A stretch of 64,000 nucleotides of DNA from Burkholderiales bacterium (GCA_947377275.1 CANCFV010000006.1:1772-65771), one strand, 5' to 3'; positions 1-10,191 are shown, counted from the stretch's first letter. Numbers and translations: made by a program. The notes: generated by a model from the letters alone, not told the origin.

Positions 1-1
1 T

Positions 2-535
2 GACCTGGCGGCCGGTGAAGCCAAAGCCACCACCGTGTGTGCGGCCTGCCACGTGGCAGACGGTTCGCGTGGCCTGCCCACCTACCCCATCCTGCAAGGC
101 CAACACCCTGAGTACCTGGTCAAGCAGCTGACCGAGTTCAAGGAAGGCAAGCGCAAGAACGCCATCATGGGTGGCATGGCCGCGGCCCTGACCCCTGAAG
201 ACATGCGCAACGTCGCTGCCTTCTACGCCAGCAAGAAGGCCAAAGACGGCGTCGCCAAGAACAAGGACCTCGTGGCCTTGGGTGAGCGCATCTACCGTGG
301 TGGCATTGCCAAGAAGAGCGTGCCTGCTTGCGCCGGGTGCCACAGCCCCAACGGCGCGGGCATCCCTGCCCAATTCCCCCGTCTGGCTGGCCAACACGCT
401 GACTACATCAAGACCCAGCTGACGAGCTTCCGCCAAGGCGAGCGCACCAACAGCGCCCAGATGTCGGCCATTGGCGCCAACCTGAGCGACAAGGAAATCG
501 AAGCCTTGTCAGACTACGTGGCTGGCCTGCGCTGA
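2..535 (+). CDS. di-heme cytochrome c4 (c553-type), 5' truncated by the window edge
   Basis: Two CxxCH motifs (CAACH, CAGCH), repeated P-x-L-x-GQ motifs and Met ligands; frame is open from the window start. Confidence 0.9.
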   Translation, partial: DLAAGEAKATTVCAACHVADGSRGLPTYPILQGQHPEYLVKQLTEFKEGKRKNAIMGGMAAALTPEDMRNVAAFYASKKAKDGVAKNKDLVALGERIYRGGIAKKSVPACAGCHSPNGAGIPAQFPRLAGQHADYIKTQLTSFRQGERTNSAQMSAIGANLSDKEIEALSDYVAGLR

Positions 536-595
536 GCCCTGCGGCCTCGGCGGGCGGGACCTGATGCCCCGCCAGGCCTGAACACCCCCACCCAG

Positions 596-632
596 GCGGG
601 CCTCCCTTCACGGGGAGCCCGCTTTGTTGTTT
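596..632 (+). terminator. probable intrinsic terminator after cytochrome c4
   Basis: GCGGGc-CTCCC..GGGAG-CCCGC hairpin followed by TTTGTTGTTT. Confidence 0.55.
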
Positions 633-656
633 CTGCAGGTGCCCGAGGTGTCTCGC

Positions 657-1430
657 ATGCGTGAATGGATCACCCCCGATGTGCTGGCTTTGCTGCGCGC
701 CGACCCCTGGTTCGGCAGCGTCCCGCCCGAGTTTGAGCGCGAGTTGCTGGCCTTGGCCACCACCAAGCGCTTGCAGCACGGCGAGCACCTGTTCTTCCGG
801 GGCGACGCGCCTTGTGGCCTGTACGCCATGTTAGAGGGCACTTTGCGGGTGTCGGGGGTGACCGAGGCGGGCAAAGAGGCCATCTTGTCCTTGGTCGACT
901 CGCCCAGCTGGTTTGGCGAAATCGCCTTGTTCGACCGCTTGCCCCGCACCCACAACGCCGTGGCCGAGGGCGCTGTGCGCGTGTTGCATGTGCCTCAAGA
1001 CGAGTTGCTGGCGCTGCTGGCGCATGCGCCACAGCACTGGCGCGAGCTCGGTGTGCTCATGGCCTTGCGCCTGCGCCTGACTTTCATCGGCATGGAGGAC
1101 CTGGCCTTGCTGCCCGCCGAGAGCCGCTTGGCGCGCCGCCTGGTGTGGCTGGTCGAGGCTTCGGCCTTGATGCCCAGCGAAGGCGTGTGCGTGCTGCCCA
1201 TCAGCCAGACGCAACTGGGCATGATGCTGTCTTTGTCGCGCCAAACCACCAACCAGGTGCTGCAGTCTTTGCAGGACCAGGGGGTGCTGCGCGTGGCTTA
1301 CGGCCGCATCGAAGTGCTGGACCGTGCGCGCCTGATGGCCGTGGCTGGCATTTCGAAAAATGAAAAACGCATCCTCAGCCATTTGCAGCCGGGTGGCCCC
1401 AAGGCCTTGCCGCCTGATGCGGTGAGTTGA
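657..1430 (+). CDS. Crp/Fnr family transcriptional regulator
   Basis: cNMP-binding domain (FGEIAL..PRT), C-terminal HTH (SQTQLGMMLSLSRQTTNQVL); ATG 657 preceded by GAGGTG. Confidence 0.9.
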   Translation: MREWITPDVLALLRADPWFGSVPPEFERELLALATTKRLQHGEHLFFRGDAPCGLYAMLEGTLRVSGVTEAGKEAILSLVDSPSWFGEIALFDRLPRTHNAVAEGAVRVLHVPQDELLALLAHAPQHWRELGVLMALRLRLTFIGMEDLALLPAESRLARRLVWLVEASALMPSEGVCVLPISQTQLGMMLSLSRQTTNQVLQSLQDQGVLRVAYGRIEVLDRARLMAVAGISKNEKRILSHLQPGGPKALPPDAVS

Positions 1431-1465
1431 GCGAGTGGGGCCTTCGAGGCCGCTTGGGGCAAGGC

Positions 1466-1492
1466 TCAAGAACGCCTGCCGGCTGCCGATAC
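1466..1492 (+). promoter_or_regulatory. sigma-28 (FliA)-type promoter
   Basis: TCAAG (1466-1470)-N14-GCCGATAC (1485-1492), 36 nt upstream of ATG 1529. Confidence 0.75.
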
Positions 1493-1528
1493 AAGCGATG
1501 TCATCCACCCGCTTGTGCCGAGGCCACC

Positions 1529-1903
1529 ATGTCCTTCTACGTTTTGCGTGATGCCCGCGGGCAAATCACCAGCTTGCACCGAGAGCCGGTGGAGGGGGCG
1601 CAATCGCTGTCCCGAGACCACCCGGATGTGCTGGCCTTCACCGGCCGCGAGGCCGAGCAGGTCCAGTTTGCTCAGCTCGACGCGGGCTTGGTGCGCGTGG
1701 TGGAAGACTTGATCGACGCCCTGATCCGGCGCAACGTGCTGTGCATCACCGACCTGCCGCTGGAAGCCCAGCTCAAGCTGTTCGATCGCAAGCACTTCCG
1801 CGAAGGCTTGCAGGGCCATGCCTTGCAGTTGCTCAGCCCGGCACAGGCCCGTCAGCACGACACCAGCAACCTCGAAGCGGTCTGGTCCAACTTGGCGGAA
1901 TGA
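1529..1903 (+). CDS. small conserved protein of the family often annotated as 'tryptophan synthase subunit beta-like'
   Basis: FYVLRDARGQI...LVRVVEDLIDALI...ITDLPLEAQLKL pattern, recalled from small proteins beside lapD/lapG/T1SS genes. Confidence 0.65.
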   Translation: MSFYVLRDARGQITSLHREPVEGAQSLSRDHPDVLAFTGREAEQVQFAQLDAGLVRVVEDLIDALIRRNVLCITDLPLEAQLKLFDRKHFREGLQGHALQLLSPAQARQHDTSNLEAVWSNLAE

Positions 1904-1944
1904 GGCCTTGGCGGTGCGGCATCAAACCGCACCGACCCACCCCA

Positions 1945-2802
1945 TCAGCCCAGACCCAAGACCCGGTGAGACAAGGCCGGTAACTGCGAGCGCAATTGCG
2001 TCTGGCGCGCGCGGTCCAACTCGGCCATGACCACGCCCGGGCCTTCGGCCTGCACGGCCAGCACCTCGCCCCAGGGCCCGACCACCAGCGAATGGCCAAA
2101 GGTGCGGCGACCACTGGCGTGCAGTCCACCTTGTGCCGGCGCCAGCACATGGCAGAGGTTTTCCACCGCGCGGGCGCGCAGCAGCAGCTCCCAATGGGCT
2201 TTGCCGGTGGTGTCGGTGAAAGCGGCGGGCAGCACGATCAAGTCCAGCGGTCTGGACTGCCCCAGCTGCCGGAACAGTTCCGGGAAGCGCAGGTCGTAGC
2301 ACACGCTCAAGCCCACGTGCCACTCGCCACCTTGCCTGTCGGTGGCCACGAACGACACGGCTTGTGTGCCGGGCGTGAGCGTCGCGGCCTCGTCGTAGCG
2401 GCGCTGGCCATCGTCAAAACAGAACAGGTGGATCTTGTCGTAGCGCGCCACGCGCTGTCCTTGCGGGTTGAAGACCAGCACGGTGTTGCTGACCTTGTCG
2501 GGCACGTCGGCGAGGATGGGCAGCGTGCCGCCCACCACCCACACGCCATGCTCATGCGCGGCTTGGGCCAGCAGGTGCTGCATGGGCGTGCGATGGGCAT
2601 CGATGTCGGCCAGGGCGGCGGGCGCCAAGGGCTCGGCAATCGACAGCTTGTCGCGGTCGTGCAGGCCCATCAGGCAGAAGTACTCTGGCAGGGCGACCAG
2701 TTCGGCCCCCGCTTGTGCGGCCTGGGCGATCAGGGCCCTGGCCTGGGTGAGGTTGTCGTCCACGCGGGGGGTGGAGACCATTTGCAGTGCGGCAACTTTC
2801 AT
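1945..2802 (-). CDS. carbon-nitrogen hydrolase (Nit1/deaminated glutathione amidase-like)
   Basis: MKVAALQM start; E-K-C triad in LPEYF, YDKIHL, SVCYDLRFPE; RARAVEN. Confidence 0.9.
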   Translation of the reverse strand: MKVAALQMVSTPRVDDNLTQARALIAQAAQAGAELVALPEYFCLMGLHDRDKLSIAEPLAPAALADIDAHRTPMQHLLAQAAHEHGVWVVGGTLPILADVPDKVSNTVLVFNPQGQRVARYDKIHLFCFDDGQRRYDEAATLTPGTQAVSFVATDRQGGEWHVGLSVCYDLRFPELFRQLGQSRPLDLIVLPAAFTDTTGKAHWELLLRARAVENLCHVLAPAQGGLHASGRRTFGHSLVVGPWGEVLAVQAEGPGVVMAELDRARQTQLRSQLPALSHRVLGLG

Positions 2803-2830
2803 GGGATCTCGGCTTATGCTTGCCCCCATC

Positions 2831-4048
2831 ATGGCCGAACCTGAGATGCCCTTGCAAGACACCCCCCTCAGCCCACCCCCCGTGGCCGCATCGCCAGTGG
2901 CTCGGCCCGAGCCTTGGCAGCGCTGGACCGACCAGGTGCATGACGCGGCGCAACGCCAGGCCTGCCTGCGTGTGCGGGGCGGGGGCAGCAAAGACCACGT
3001 GGGCGATGCCCGACTGGGCGAGGTGCTGGACACCCGCGAGTGGCAGGGCATCGAAGCCTACGAGCCCAGCGAGCTGACGGTGCGCGTGCGCGCCGGCACA
3101 CCCTTGAGCGCTGTTGAGGCCGCTTTGGCCGAGCGTGGCCAGCACCTGCCGTTTGAGCCGCCCCGTTATGCCTTTGCCGCCACGCAAAGCGGAGAGGCCA
3201 CGGTGGGCGGCGTGGTGGCCAGTGGCTTGAGTGGCCCTGGCCGTGTCAGCCGTGGTGCGGTGCGCGACCACGTGCTTGGCAGCACCTTGCTCAATGGCCG
3301 CGGCGAGGTTCTGCACTTGGGCGGCGCCGTGATGAAGAACGTGGCGGGGTTCGACCTGTCGCGCTTGCTGGCCGGCTCGATGGGCACTTTGGGTCTGATC
3401 CTGGACGTGACGCTCAAGGTCATGCCCCAGCCGGTGGTGTCGGCCACGATGAAGTTCGAGATGGACGAGGCCCAAGCGCTGGCCCAGGTCAACCAATGGG
3501 CGGGGCAGCCCTTGCCGCTCGACGCCTCGGCGTGGTGGGACGGCATGTTGCTGCTGCGCTTGCGCGGCGCCCGTGCGGCGGTGGCCAGCGCGGTGCAAGG
3601 CCTGTACCGCGAGCGCCGTGGTGAGCTTTTGACCCCGCCGGTGGCCGATGCCTTCTGGCAAGGCATGCGCGACCACAGTGACGAGTTTTTCGTGCGCGCC
3701 CGCCAAGCGGTGGCCCAGGCCGGCGCGCAGGGTGTCACCTTGTGGCGCATCGCCGTGCCGCCCACCACGGCGCCCTTGGGCCTGCACGGCGAGCACCTCA
3801 ACGAGTGGTTTGGCGGCTTGCGCTGGGTGTGCACGCCCGCGCCGGCCGCTGCCGTGCACGAGGCCGTGGCCCGCGTGGGCGGGCATGCGCAGCCTTTTGG
3901 CGTGTGGCCTGCTGCGCACGCCGCTTTGTGGGACGAGGCCCCCGCATGGTCGCCCGTTCAGCAACGCTTGCACCGCCAGGTGCAAAAGGCCTTTGACCCC
4001 CATGGGGTGTTTGACACCGGCCGACTGTGGCCACGCACCCGCACCTGA
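2831..4048 (+). CDS. glcE: glycolate oxidase FAD-binding subunit
   Basis: RGGGSK, YEPSELTVRVRAGTPL, GGAVMKNVAGFDLSRL, C-terminal KAFDPHGVF; start uncertain (2816/2831/2846). Confidence 0.9.
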   Translation: MAEPEMPLQDTPLSPPPVAASPVARPEPWQRWTDQVHDAAQRQACLRVRGGGSKDHVGDARLGEVLDTREWQGIEAYEPSELTVRVRAGTPLSAVEAALAERGQHLPFEPPRYAFAATQSGEATVGGVVASGLSGPGRVSRGAVRDHVLGSTLLNGRGEVLHLGGAVMKNVAGFDLSRLLAGSMGTLGLILDVTLKVMPQPVVSATMKFEMDEAQALAQVNQWAGQPLPLDASAWWDGMLLLRLRGARAAVASAVQGLYRERRGELLTPPVADAFWQGMRDHSDEFFVRARQAVAQAGAQGVTLWRIAVPPTTAPLGLHGEHLNEWFGGLRWVCTPAPAAAVHEAVARVGGHAQPFGVWPAAHAALWDEAPAWSPVQQRLHRQVQKAFDPHGVFDTGRLWPRTRT

Positions 4049-4054
4049 TCCCTC

Positions 4055-5326
4055 ATGCAAACCCAGCTCGCCCCCCAACACGCCGACACGCCCGCAGGCC
4101 AGCAAGCCCAAGGCGTGCTGCGCCAATGCGTGCACTGCGGCTTTTGCAATGCCACCTGCCCCACCTACAAGCTGACCGGCAATGAGCTGGACGGCCCGCG
4201 CGGTCGCATCTACTTGATGAAGCAGGTGTTCGAGGGCCAAGCGCCCACGCGCACCACACAGCAACACCTTGACCGTTGCATTGGTTGTCGCCACTGCGAA
4301 AGCACCTGCCCATCTGGGGTGCAGTACCACGAGCTGCTGGCCGTGGGCCAGGCGGTGGTGGACGAGCAAGTCGAGCGCCCCTGGCGCGAACGCCTGCTGC
4401 GCTGGGGCCTGCGCATTCTGATGCCATCGCCTTTGTTTGCGCCCGCCTTGCGCCTGGGGCAGGCCATGCGTCCGCTCTTGCCCCCCGCGGTGCGTGAGCG
4501 TGTGCCCGCTCGCCCGCCGTTGGCCGCACCGGCCTGGCCCGATGCGCGCAAGAGCCTGCATGCGCGGCGGGTGCTGCTGCTCAAGGGCTGCGTGCAACCT
4601 GGCTTGCGTCCGCACATCGATGCTTCAACCGCGCGGGTGCTCGATGCCATCGGCATCCGTGCGGTGGTGGCGCCTTCTTCAGGGTGCTGTGGCGCGGTGC
4701 AGGGGCACATGGGGGACGTGGATGGCGCCAAGCAGCGCGCCCGGCACAACATCGATGCCTGGTGGCCTTACATCGACTCGCCCACGCCGGTGGAGGCCAT
4801 TGTGGCCAATGCATCGGGCTGTGGCGCCTGGATGAAAGACATGGACGGCTTGCTGGCCGACGACCCGCAGTACGCCGACAAGGCCCGGCGCGTGGTGGCC
4901 TTGGTGCGCGACCCCGGCGAGCTTTTGCCCAGCTGGCTGCCTTTGCTCAAGCGCAAGCTGGGCAGGCGTGTGCAGTCGGGTCTGGGCGCCATGACCTTCC
5001 ACCCACCGTGCAGCTTGAGCCACGCACAAAAGCTCAGCGCCGCGGCCAAGCCAGGCCCCATCGAGGCCAGCCTGCGTGAGCTGGGCTTTGAGGTGAAGCT
5101 GGCCGTGCGCGACAGCCACCAGTGCTGTGGCGCCGGAGGTGCTTACAGCGTGCTGCAGCCCGAGCTGTCAAAGCAGTTGCGCGACCAAAAGATCGAGGCT
5201 TTGCAAGCCACCGATCCGCACGTGATTGCCAGCGCGAACATCGGTTGCATCGTGCACCTGCAAGGCGGCACGCACACGCCCGTCAAGCACTGGCTGGAAG
5301 TGTTGGACGAGGCCTTGTCGCGTTGA
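4055..5326 (+). CDS. glcF: glycolate oxidase iron-sulfur subunit
   Basis: MQTQLA start, CVHCGFCNATCP and CIGCRHCESTCP clusters, two CCG domains. Confidence 0.93.
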   Translation: MQTQLAPQHADTPAGQQAQGVLRQCVHCGFCNATCPTYKLTGNELDGPRGRIYLMKQVFEGQAPTRTTQQHLDRCIGCRHCESTCPSGVQYHELLAVGQAVVDEQVERPWRERLLRWGLRILMPSPLFAPALRLGQAMRPLLPPAVRERVPARPPLAAPAWPDARKSLHARRVLLLKGCVQPGLRPHIDASTARVLDAIGIRAVVAPSSGCCGAVQGHMGDVDGAKQRARHNIDAWWPYIDSPTPVEAIVANASGCGAWMKDMDGLLADDPQYADKARRVVALVRDPGELLPSWLPLLKRKLGRRVQSGLGAMTFHPPCSLSHAQKLSAAAKPGPIEASLRELGFEVKLAVRDSHQCCGAGGAYSVLQPELSKQLRDQKIEALQATDPHVIASANIGCIVHLQGGTHTPVKHWLEVLDEALSR

Positions 5327-5341
5327 CGGCCTCGCTCCAGG

Positions 5342-8300
5342 TCAACGGTCGCTGATCAGCTCGCGCCACGACACCCGGCGTGTGCGCTGGTTGGTGGCGG
5401 TGGTCGGCGCTTCGGTGGTCACCGAGGTGCCGTCAGACAAGTTGGTGATCGCGATCACCTTGCCATTGGGCAGGCGCACCATGGTGGCCGCACTGGCCAG
5501 GGCCGTGGTGCCACCGCTGGAGAGCAGCGAGCCCACCTTGTTGGCGTTGGGCACGGCCAAGCCGGTCTTGTAGTCCAGGAAGTTGATGTAGCTGGAGCCG
5601 CCAATGCTGCAGGCGTCGGTCGAATTGGGGATGTTGGTCGTGAAGGCCAGGGTGCCCAGTTGCAAGTCAGGGTCGTTGTTCATGCGCTCGCCGGTTTCAG
5701 GCAGGTCAGCGAACCAGCCGTTCATGGTGGCGAAGTCGACCGAGTAGCTCACGCTGCTGGTGGCCGTGCGCACGCCCTTGGTGTCGACCAGGGTTTGCTT
5801 GACGAAGCAGCTGGCATTGGTCGAGCTGTCACATGCGTTGCCGCGGATGGTGCTGTAAGTGGCCGTCCGGGTGCCACTGTTGGCGGAGGTCAGCTCCAGG
5901 TTGTCCTTGATGGCGTAGACCGATTGCGGGTCGTTGTTCAGGTCGGGCACGCCCAGGTAGGCGCCCGTGCCCAAGTAAACCACGGTGGCCCCGTTGACAT
6001 TGCCCACTTCGGGGCGGGCTGTGATGGGTTGGCGTTTGCCGTTGGCGTCTTTCAGCTCGGCCAGCAGTTGCACCGTGGCGTCGCCACCGGAGCCTGTGAG
6101 TGCGCTCAGGTCCACCCGCCAGAGGTTACCGTACAGGTCTCCGCCATAGACACGCAAGGCGCGGTTGTCGGTTCCCGAGCTGGCCACGTAGGCGCTGAGC
6201 TTGGTCAGGCCAGCGGGGCAGGGCGCCGTGCTGCAGACGCCGGTGATGGCGTCGGCGCTGCCAAAGCCGGTGTCGATCTTTTTGATGATGGCGCCCGTCT
6301 TGGCGTTGAGCACCCACACGATGCCGTGTCCATTGCCTGGGCCGACGTTGTTGTAGCCCGAGCTGACGATGACCACCCAAGTGCCATCAGACAGTTTGCT
6401 GATCAAGGGCGTGCCGTAGGAGTAGCCGACATCGGCGTCCTTGGTGTAGCCCGCGCCTTTGGTGGTGTCGTGGGTGAACTCCCAGAGCACCTTGGGCGAC
6501 GTGGGGCTGGTGATGTCGAGCGCGAAGAAGCCTCGCCCGCCGGCGCCCAGGCCACTGACCAAGATGGTGTGCCATTCGCTGTCGTAGTAGACATCGCCCT
6601 GGCGCGGCGTGGCATTGATGTAGTACTGATGGTCAGTGGCGTAGTTCTTGTCGGCCAGCTTGTAGAGCTTGGGCAGCAGCGTCGACGGGATGTAGGCCCA
6701 GTTTTCAGCACCGTTGGTGGCGTTGAATGCGTGCAGCATGCCGTCGTTGGCGCCGACGTAGATGGCCCCGCCCCGGTCTTTCTGTGCGGTGCGGAAGGCC
6801 TCATAGCCATCGTCAGCGTAGTTGAACTGAGGCACCTTCACATACACCGCTTGTGAGTCGACGATGTCGCCCAGCGCATGCGTGCGGGCGAAGAAGTAGG
6901 TGCCCGTGTCGGGGCCCGCGTTGCTGCGCTCGCCTCGCAGGTAATTGACAAGGTTGATGCCGCCGGCGCCCAGCGTGGTGCCAGTGCCATCGGCGGTGGG
7001 GGCGCTGTTGACCCGCGAGGTGCTGGGCAGGCACTGCGTCCCCGATGAGCACATCTGCGACAAACCATTGATGGCCGGGATGCTGAACATGTCTTGCATG
7101 ACGCTGGTCAGGTTGCCCCATTTGAAGGGCAGCAGCGTGCTGTCGACGTTGGTCGGGTCGTAGGTGTAGATCTTGCGGCTGGCGGGGCTGATCAGGTCGA
7201 GCAGGGGCGAGGTGTAGGTCTCTTTGGCATTGGCCGTGGCTTGGGTGGCCAGGGCGGTGCCGCTTTGCGACCAGGTGGCCGTGGCAGAGAGTGCGCCCGT
7301 GTCGGTGTTGATCGTGTACTGAGCCAACTCGCCAAACCAGTCCACCGATTTGAAGGTCGACTTGAAGACGTAGTTGTCACCTGCAGACACGTTCGGGTTG
7401 CTGGTGGTTGCGGCGGCCGCATTGGCGGTCTTGGCCTGCACGTCGATCAGGAAGGATTGCAGGCTGGTTTGCAGCTCGCTGGGGTTGGTTGCGCTGTAGT
7501 AGGTGCCGTGGCCATTGACCGCCGTGTGCCAGAGGTCGTCGATGGTGGTTTGTTCGTCCGCCACAGGTGCAGGCCAGTTGCATGCGCCGCTGGTTTGCCA
7601 GCCGCAAGTGCCGCTGGCGGCCGTGGTGGTGCTGGTGCTGGTGCCGGCGCGCACGTCGGCAAAATCGCCGGTCTTGGCCGTGGCGTAACCTGACTTGAAC
7701 AGCATCACGCCTGAGGCGCCCAGGCCCACGGTGGATGTGAACATGCGCTGCTGTGTTTCGGCCACGGTGTTGCTGGCCACGTCAGTGCCCAGGGAGCCCA
7801 GGTTGTTGCTGAATTTGGTGGCGTCCCGCAGGTCGGTGTTGTAGTAGTACAGGGCCACGTCGGCGAGGGTGTTGGCCACGGCATTGCCGTCGTAGTAGGG
7901 GCGCGAGGTGCCGCTGACGCCGTCCACGTCGCCAATGTCGTTGGTGTTGGTGACGTCCTTGGGGTTGTTGCTGTCGTTCCAATAGCCGTCGGTCGACAAG
8001 ATCGTGTAGTTGCGCTGGCAGGCGTACTGCATCGGGTCGGTGGCCGTCACGCCATTGACCGTGGCGCCCTTGAGTTTGCCGGCGTAGTAGCGACCCGCCT
8101 TGGACAAGGTGCCCAGCAGGGGCGTGCTGTTCTTGGGCAAGGCCGAGGTGAGCTTGGTGTACCACTGCGCCTTTTGTCCAGAGCTGGTCAGGGTGGATTC
8201 GATGTCGGTGGTGTTGAGGAAGTCGGCGCCCGTGTTGTTGTTGATGCTCATGTAGCCAATGCGGTAGCGGCTGTCGAGCGTCGAGAACGCGATCGAGGCG

Positions 8301-9547
8301 GCTGACTTCATCATCTGCATGCGGGTGCGGTAATAGGCCCACCAGTTGGCGAAGTTGGACATCTCTTCGGCGTAGGTGCAGGTGGCGCTGGCGCAGTCGG
8401 TGCGCGATTCGGCCTTGGCCGTGGTGCCAGGGTAGGCGTAGCTGGTGGTGCTGGCGCTGATGGTGGTCAGCGAGTTTGAGCCAGGCACGATGATCGCAGC
8501 TTGCTGCCCGCTGAAGCTCGAGACCGTGCCCAATGGGGTGCCGAAGCTAACCACCACGGTGGGCGTGGCCGATTGGGCCGGTGTGCTGTAGGGCGCCTGG
8601 ATGATCAGCAGGCGCTGCGTGCTGTCGTAGGTGGCTTGGTAGCCTGCCACGGCGCAGGTGCCTGTTGTCGCCGACGTGCAGTTGTTGATGGCATTGGCCA
8701 GGGCGGCGCCCATCGCCCCCCGCGTGCCTGCCGTGACCGAGCCTGATGTGATGATTTGTCCGTTCACCAAAATGCGGGTGACCGTGCCGCCCGCCGAAAC
8801 GCGGATGGTGGCCTTGGCGCCAACGCCCGGCAGGTTGTAGCCGGCGTACCGTGCGAACAGGTAGGGCGTGCGGTCTGCCGTGTTTTGCTCGACGCGGTTG
8901 GCCTGGCAAGTGCTCAGGGTGGCATCGGTGCACCAGCGCAACAAGGCGGGGTAGCTGTACGTGCCGCTTGGCGCGCTTTGCGTGGCGCAGCTCGTGAGCT
9001 TGGGGGTGGTGCAGTACTCGCCGGCAATGAAGGTGTAGTACTTGGCCTGGCTGGTCAGGTTCTGGGTGGTGCCTGCGGTGTTGGGTGTGAACAGGTTGCC
9101 GCCCAGCGAGGTGTTGATGTCTACCGCTTTTTGAACGCCAAAGCCATCAAAGGGCACGCTGGTCCATGCCGTGGTCTGGGCCGAGGTCATGCTGGGGTAG
9201 CGGGTGACGTTGTCGTACTTGATGGGCGGGCTATAGGTGATGGCAGGGTTGTAGTAGACGCCGTTGTAGGCGCTGTTGCGCACCAGGTTGTCGTCGCCAT
9301 CATGGGCCCAGTCGGGCATGACGTCCCAGGACATGCTGCCCGAGTCGTCGAGCGCAAACATGATGTTCGGTTTGACTAGGCTGGGCGTCGACGTCATCAA
9401 GGGGGCGCCGGCCAGGTCGGTTTTGGCCGCTTGCACAGGGGCAGATGCGATGCACAGCAGCAAGGCGCCAGAGAAGCTCCACAGCGAGCGCCGGGCGGAG
9501 GGTGTGGGGTGTGACGTGGTGCGCATGACGGACTCCAGATCGCTCAC
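5342..9547 (-). CDS. pilY1: type IV pilus tip adhesin PilY1/PilC
   Basis: Signal peptide, vWA-like DDSGSM and STDG motifs, FANWWAYYRTRM, C-terminal beta-propeller (YVGANDGMLHAF, GDLYGNLWR), ends RVSWREL. Confidence 0.93.
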   Translation of the reverse strand: MSDLESVMRTTSHPTPSARRSLWSFSGALLLCIASAPVQAAKTDLAGAPLMTSTPSLVKPNIMFALDDSGSMSWDVMPDWAHDGDDNLVRNSAYNGVYYNPAITYSPPIKYDNVTRYPSMTSAQTTAWTSVPFDGFGVQKAVDINTSLGGNLFTPNTAGTTQNLTSQAKYYTFIAGEYCTTPKLTSCATQSAPSGTYSYPALLRWCTDATLSTCQANRVEQNTADRTPYLFARYAGYNLPGVGAKATIRVSAGGTVTRILVNGQIITSGSVTAGTRGAMGAALANAINNCTSATTGTCAVAGYQATYDSTQRLLIIQAPYSTPAQSATPTVVVSFGTPLGTVSSFSGQQAAIIVPGSNSLTTISASTTSYAYPGTTAKAESRTDCASATCTYAEEMSNFANWWAYYRTRMQMMKSAASIAFSTLDSRYRIGYMSINNNTGADFLNTTDIESTLTSSGQKAQWYTKLTSALPKNSTPLLGTLSKAGRYYAGKLKGATVNGVTATDPMQYACQRNYTILSTDGYWNDSNNPKDVTNTNDIGDVDGVSGTSRPYYDGNAVANTLADVALYYYNTDLRDATKFSNNLGSLGTDVASNTVAETQQRMFTSTVGLGASGVMLFKSGYATAKTGDFADVRAGTSTSTTTAASGTCGWQTSGACNWPAPVADEQTTIDDLWHTAVNGHGTYYSATNPSELQTSLQSFLIDVQAKTANAAAATTSNPNVSAGDNYVFKSTFKSVDWFGELAQYTINTDTGALSATATWSQSGTALATQATANAKETYTSPLLDLISPASRKIYTYDPTNVDSTLLPFKWGNLTSVMQDMFSIPAINGLSQMCSSGTQCLPSTSRVNSAPTADGTGTTLGAGGINLVNYLRGERSNAGPDTGTYFFARTHALGDIVDSQAVYVKVPQFNYADDGYEAFRTAQKDRGGAIYVGANDGMLHAFNATNGAENWAYIPSTLLPKLYKLADKNYATDHQYYINATPRQGDVYYDSEWHTILVSGLGAGGRGFFALDITSPTSPKVLWEFTHDTTKGAGYTKDADVGYSYGTPLISKLSDGTWVVIVSSGYNNVGPGNGHGIVWVLNAKTGAIIKKIDTGFGSADAITGVCSTAPCPAGLTKLSAYVASSGTDNRALRVYGGDLYGNLWRVDLSALTGSGGDATVQLLAELKDANGKRQPITARPEVGNVNGATVVYLGTGAYLGVPDLNNDPQSVYAIKDNLELTSANSGTRTATYSTIRGNACDSSTNASCFVKQTLVDTKGVRTATSSVSYSVDFATMNGWFADLPETGERMNNDPDLQLGTLAFTTNIPNSTDACSIGGSSYINFLDYKTGLAVPNANKVGSLLSSGGTTALASAATMVRLPNGKVIAITNLSDGTSVTTEAPTTATNQRTRRVSWRELISDR

Positions 9548-10191
9548 AGAGCGACCATTGACTGGACGAGGCTTTGCGTGTTGCGCGGGCCGTCCACCCG
9601 CACGGTGATGCGGTAGTACACCTGCCCCACCGAGTTCAAGTTCACCTTCTGCGCGTCGCAGCTGCTGCCGCCCGCGCAGGTGCTGGCGGTGGCCAGCGGT
9701 GCAATGGCGCAGTCGTTGCCCACGGCCTGTGCGTCACCGGTGGTGCTGCACATGCGTTGGATGGCGTACGAGACGGTGTTGCCTGCGGCATCAGCCGTCA
9801 GGCTGAGTGTCTGGCCGTTGGTTTGCAGGGTGGTCCAGAAATTGGCCCAGCTTTGTCCTGCGGCCGGGTCTTGCCTTGTGGGTGAATAGCCTCGGCCCGT
9901 CTGGGTGCAGGTCAGCACGTTGGCGCCTGTGGCACCTGCACAGGCCGCTGCTGTGGCGGTGTCCGCGGTGGCCGCGCGGTTGTTCTCCAGCCAGGTGATG
10001 GCCGCTTCAATGCCCGTGTCAGCCGAGTGCGTGGCCGCTTGCTGAAAGGCCAGGTTGCCCGCCAGCACGTTGGAGGTGTAGACCGAGCGCGTCAAGGCCA
10101 GGGCGGCCAGGGTCAGCACCACCAGCACGATCAAGGCCATCATCAGCACCACGCCCTGTTGGCGGGTGCGCAGGGTGTGGCGCTTCAGCAT
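9544..10191 (-). CDS. pilX: minor pilin PilX
   Basis: QQG/VVLMMAL prepilin site lacking Glu5, C-terminal YYRITVRVDGPRNT; overlaps pilW and pilY1. Confidence 0.85.
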   Translation of the reverse strand: MLKRHTLRTRQQGVVLMMALIVLVVLTLAALALTRSVYTSNVLAGNLAFQQAATHSADTGIEAAITWLENNRAATADTATAAACAGATGANVLTCTQTGRGYSPTRQDPAAGQSWANFWTTLQTNGQTLSLTADAAGNTVSYAIQRMCSTTGDAQAVGNDCAIAPLATASTCAGGSSCDAQKVNLNSVGQVYYRITVRVDGPRNTQSLVQSMVAL

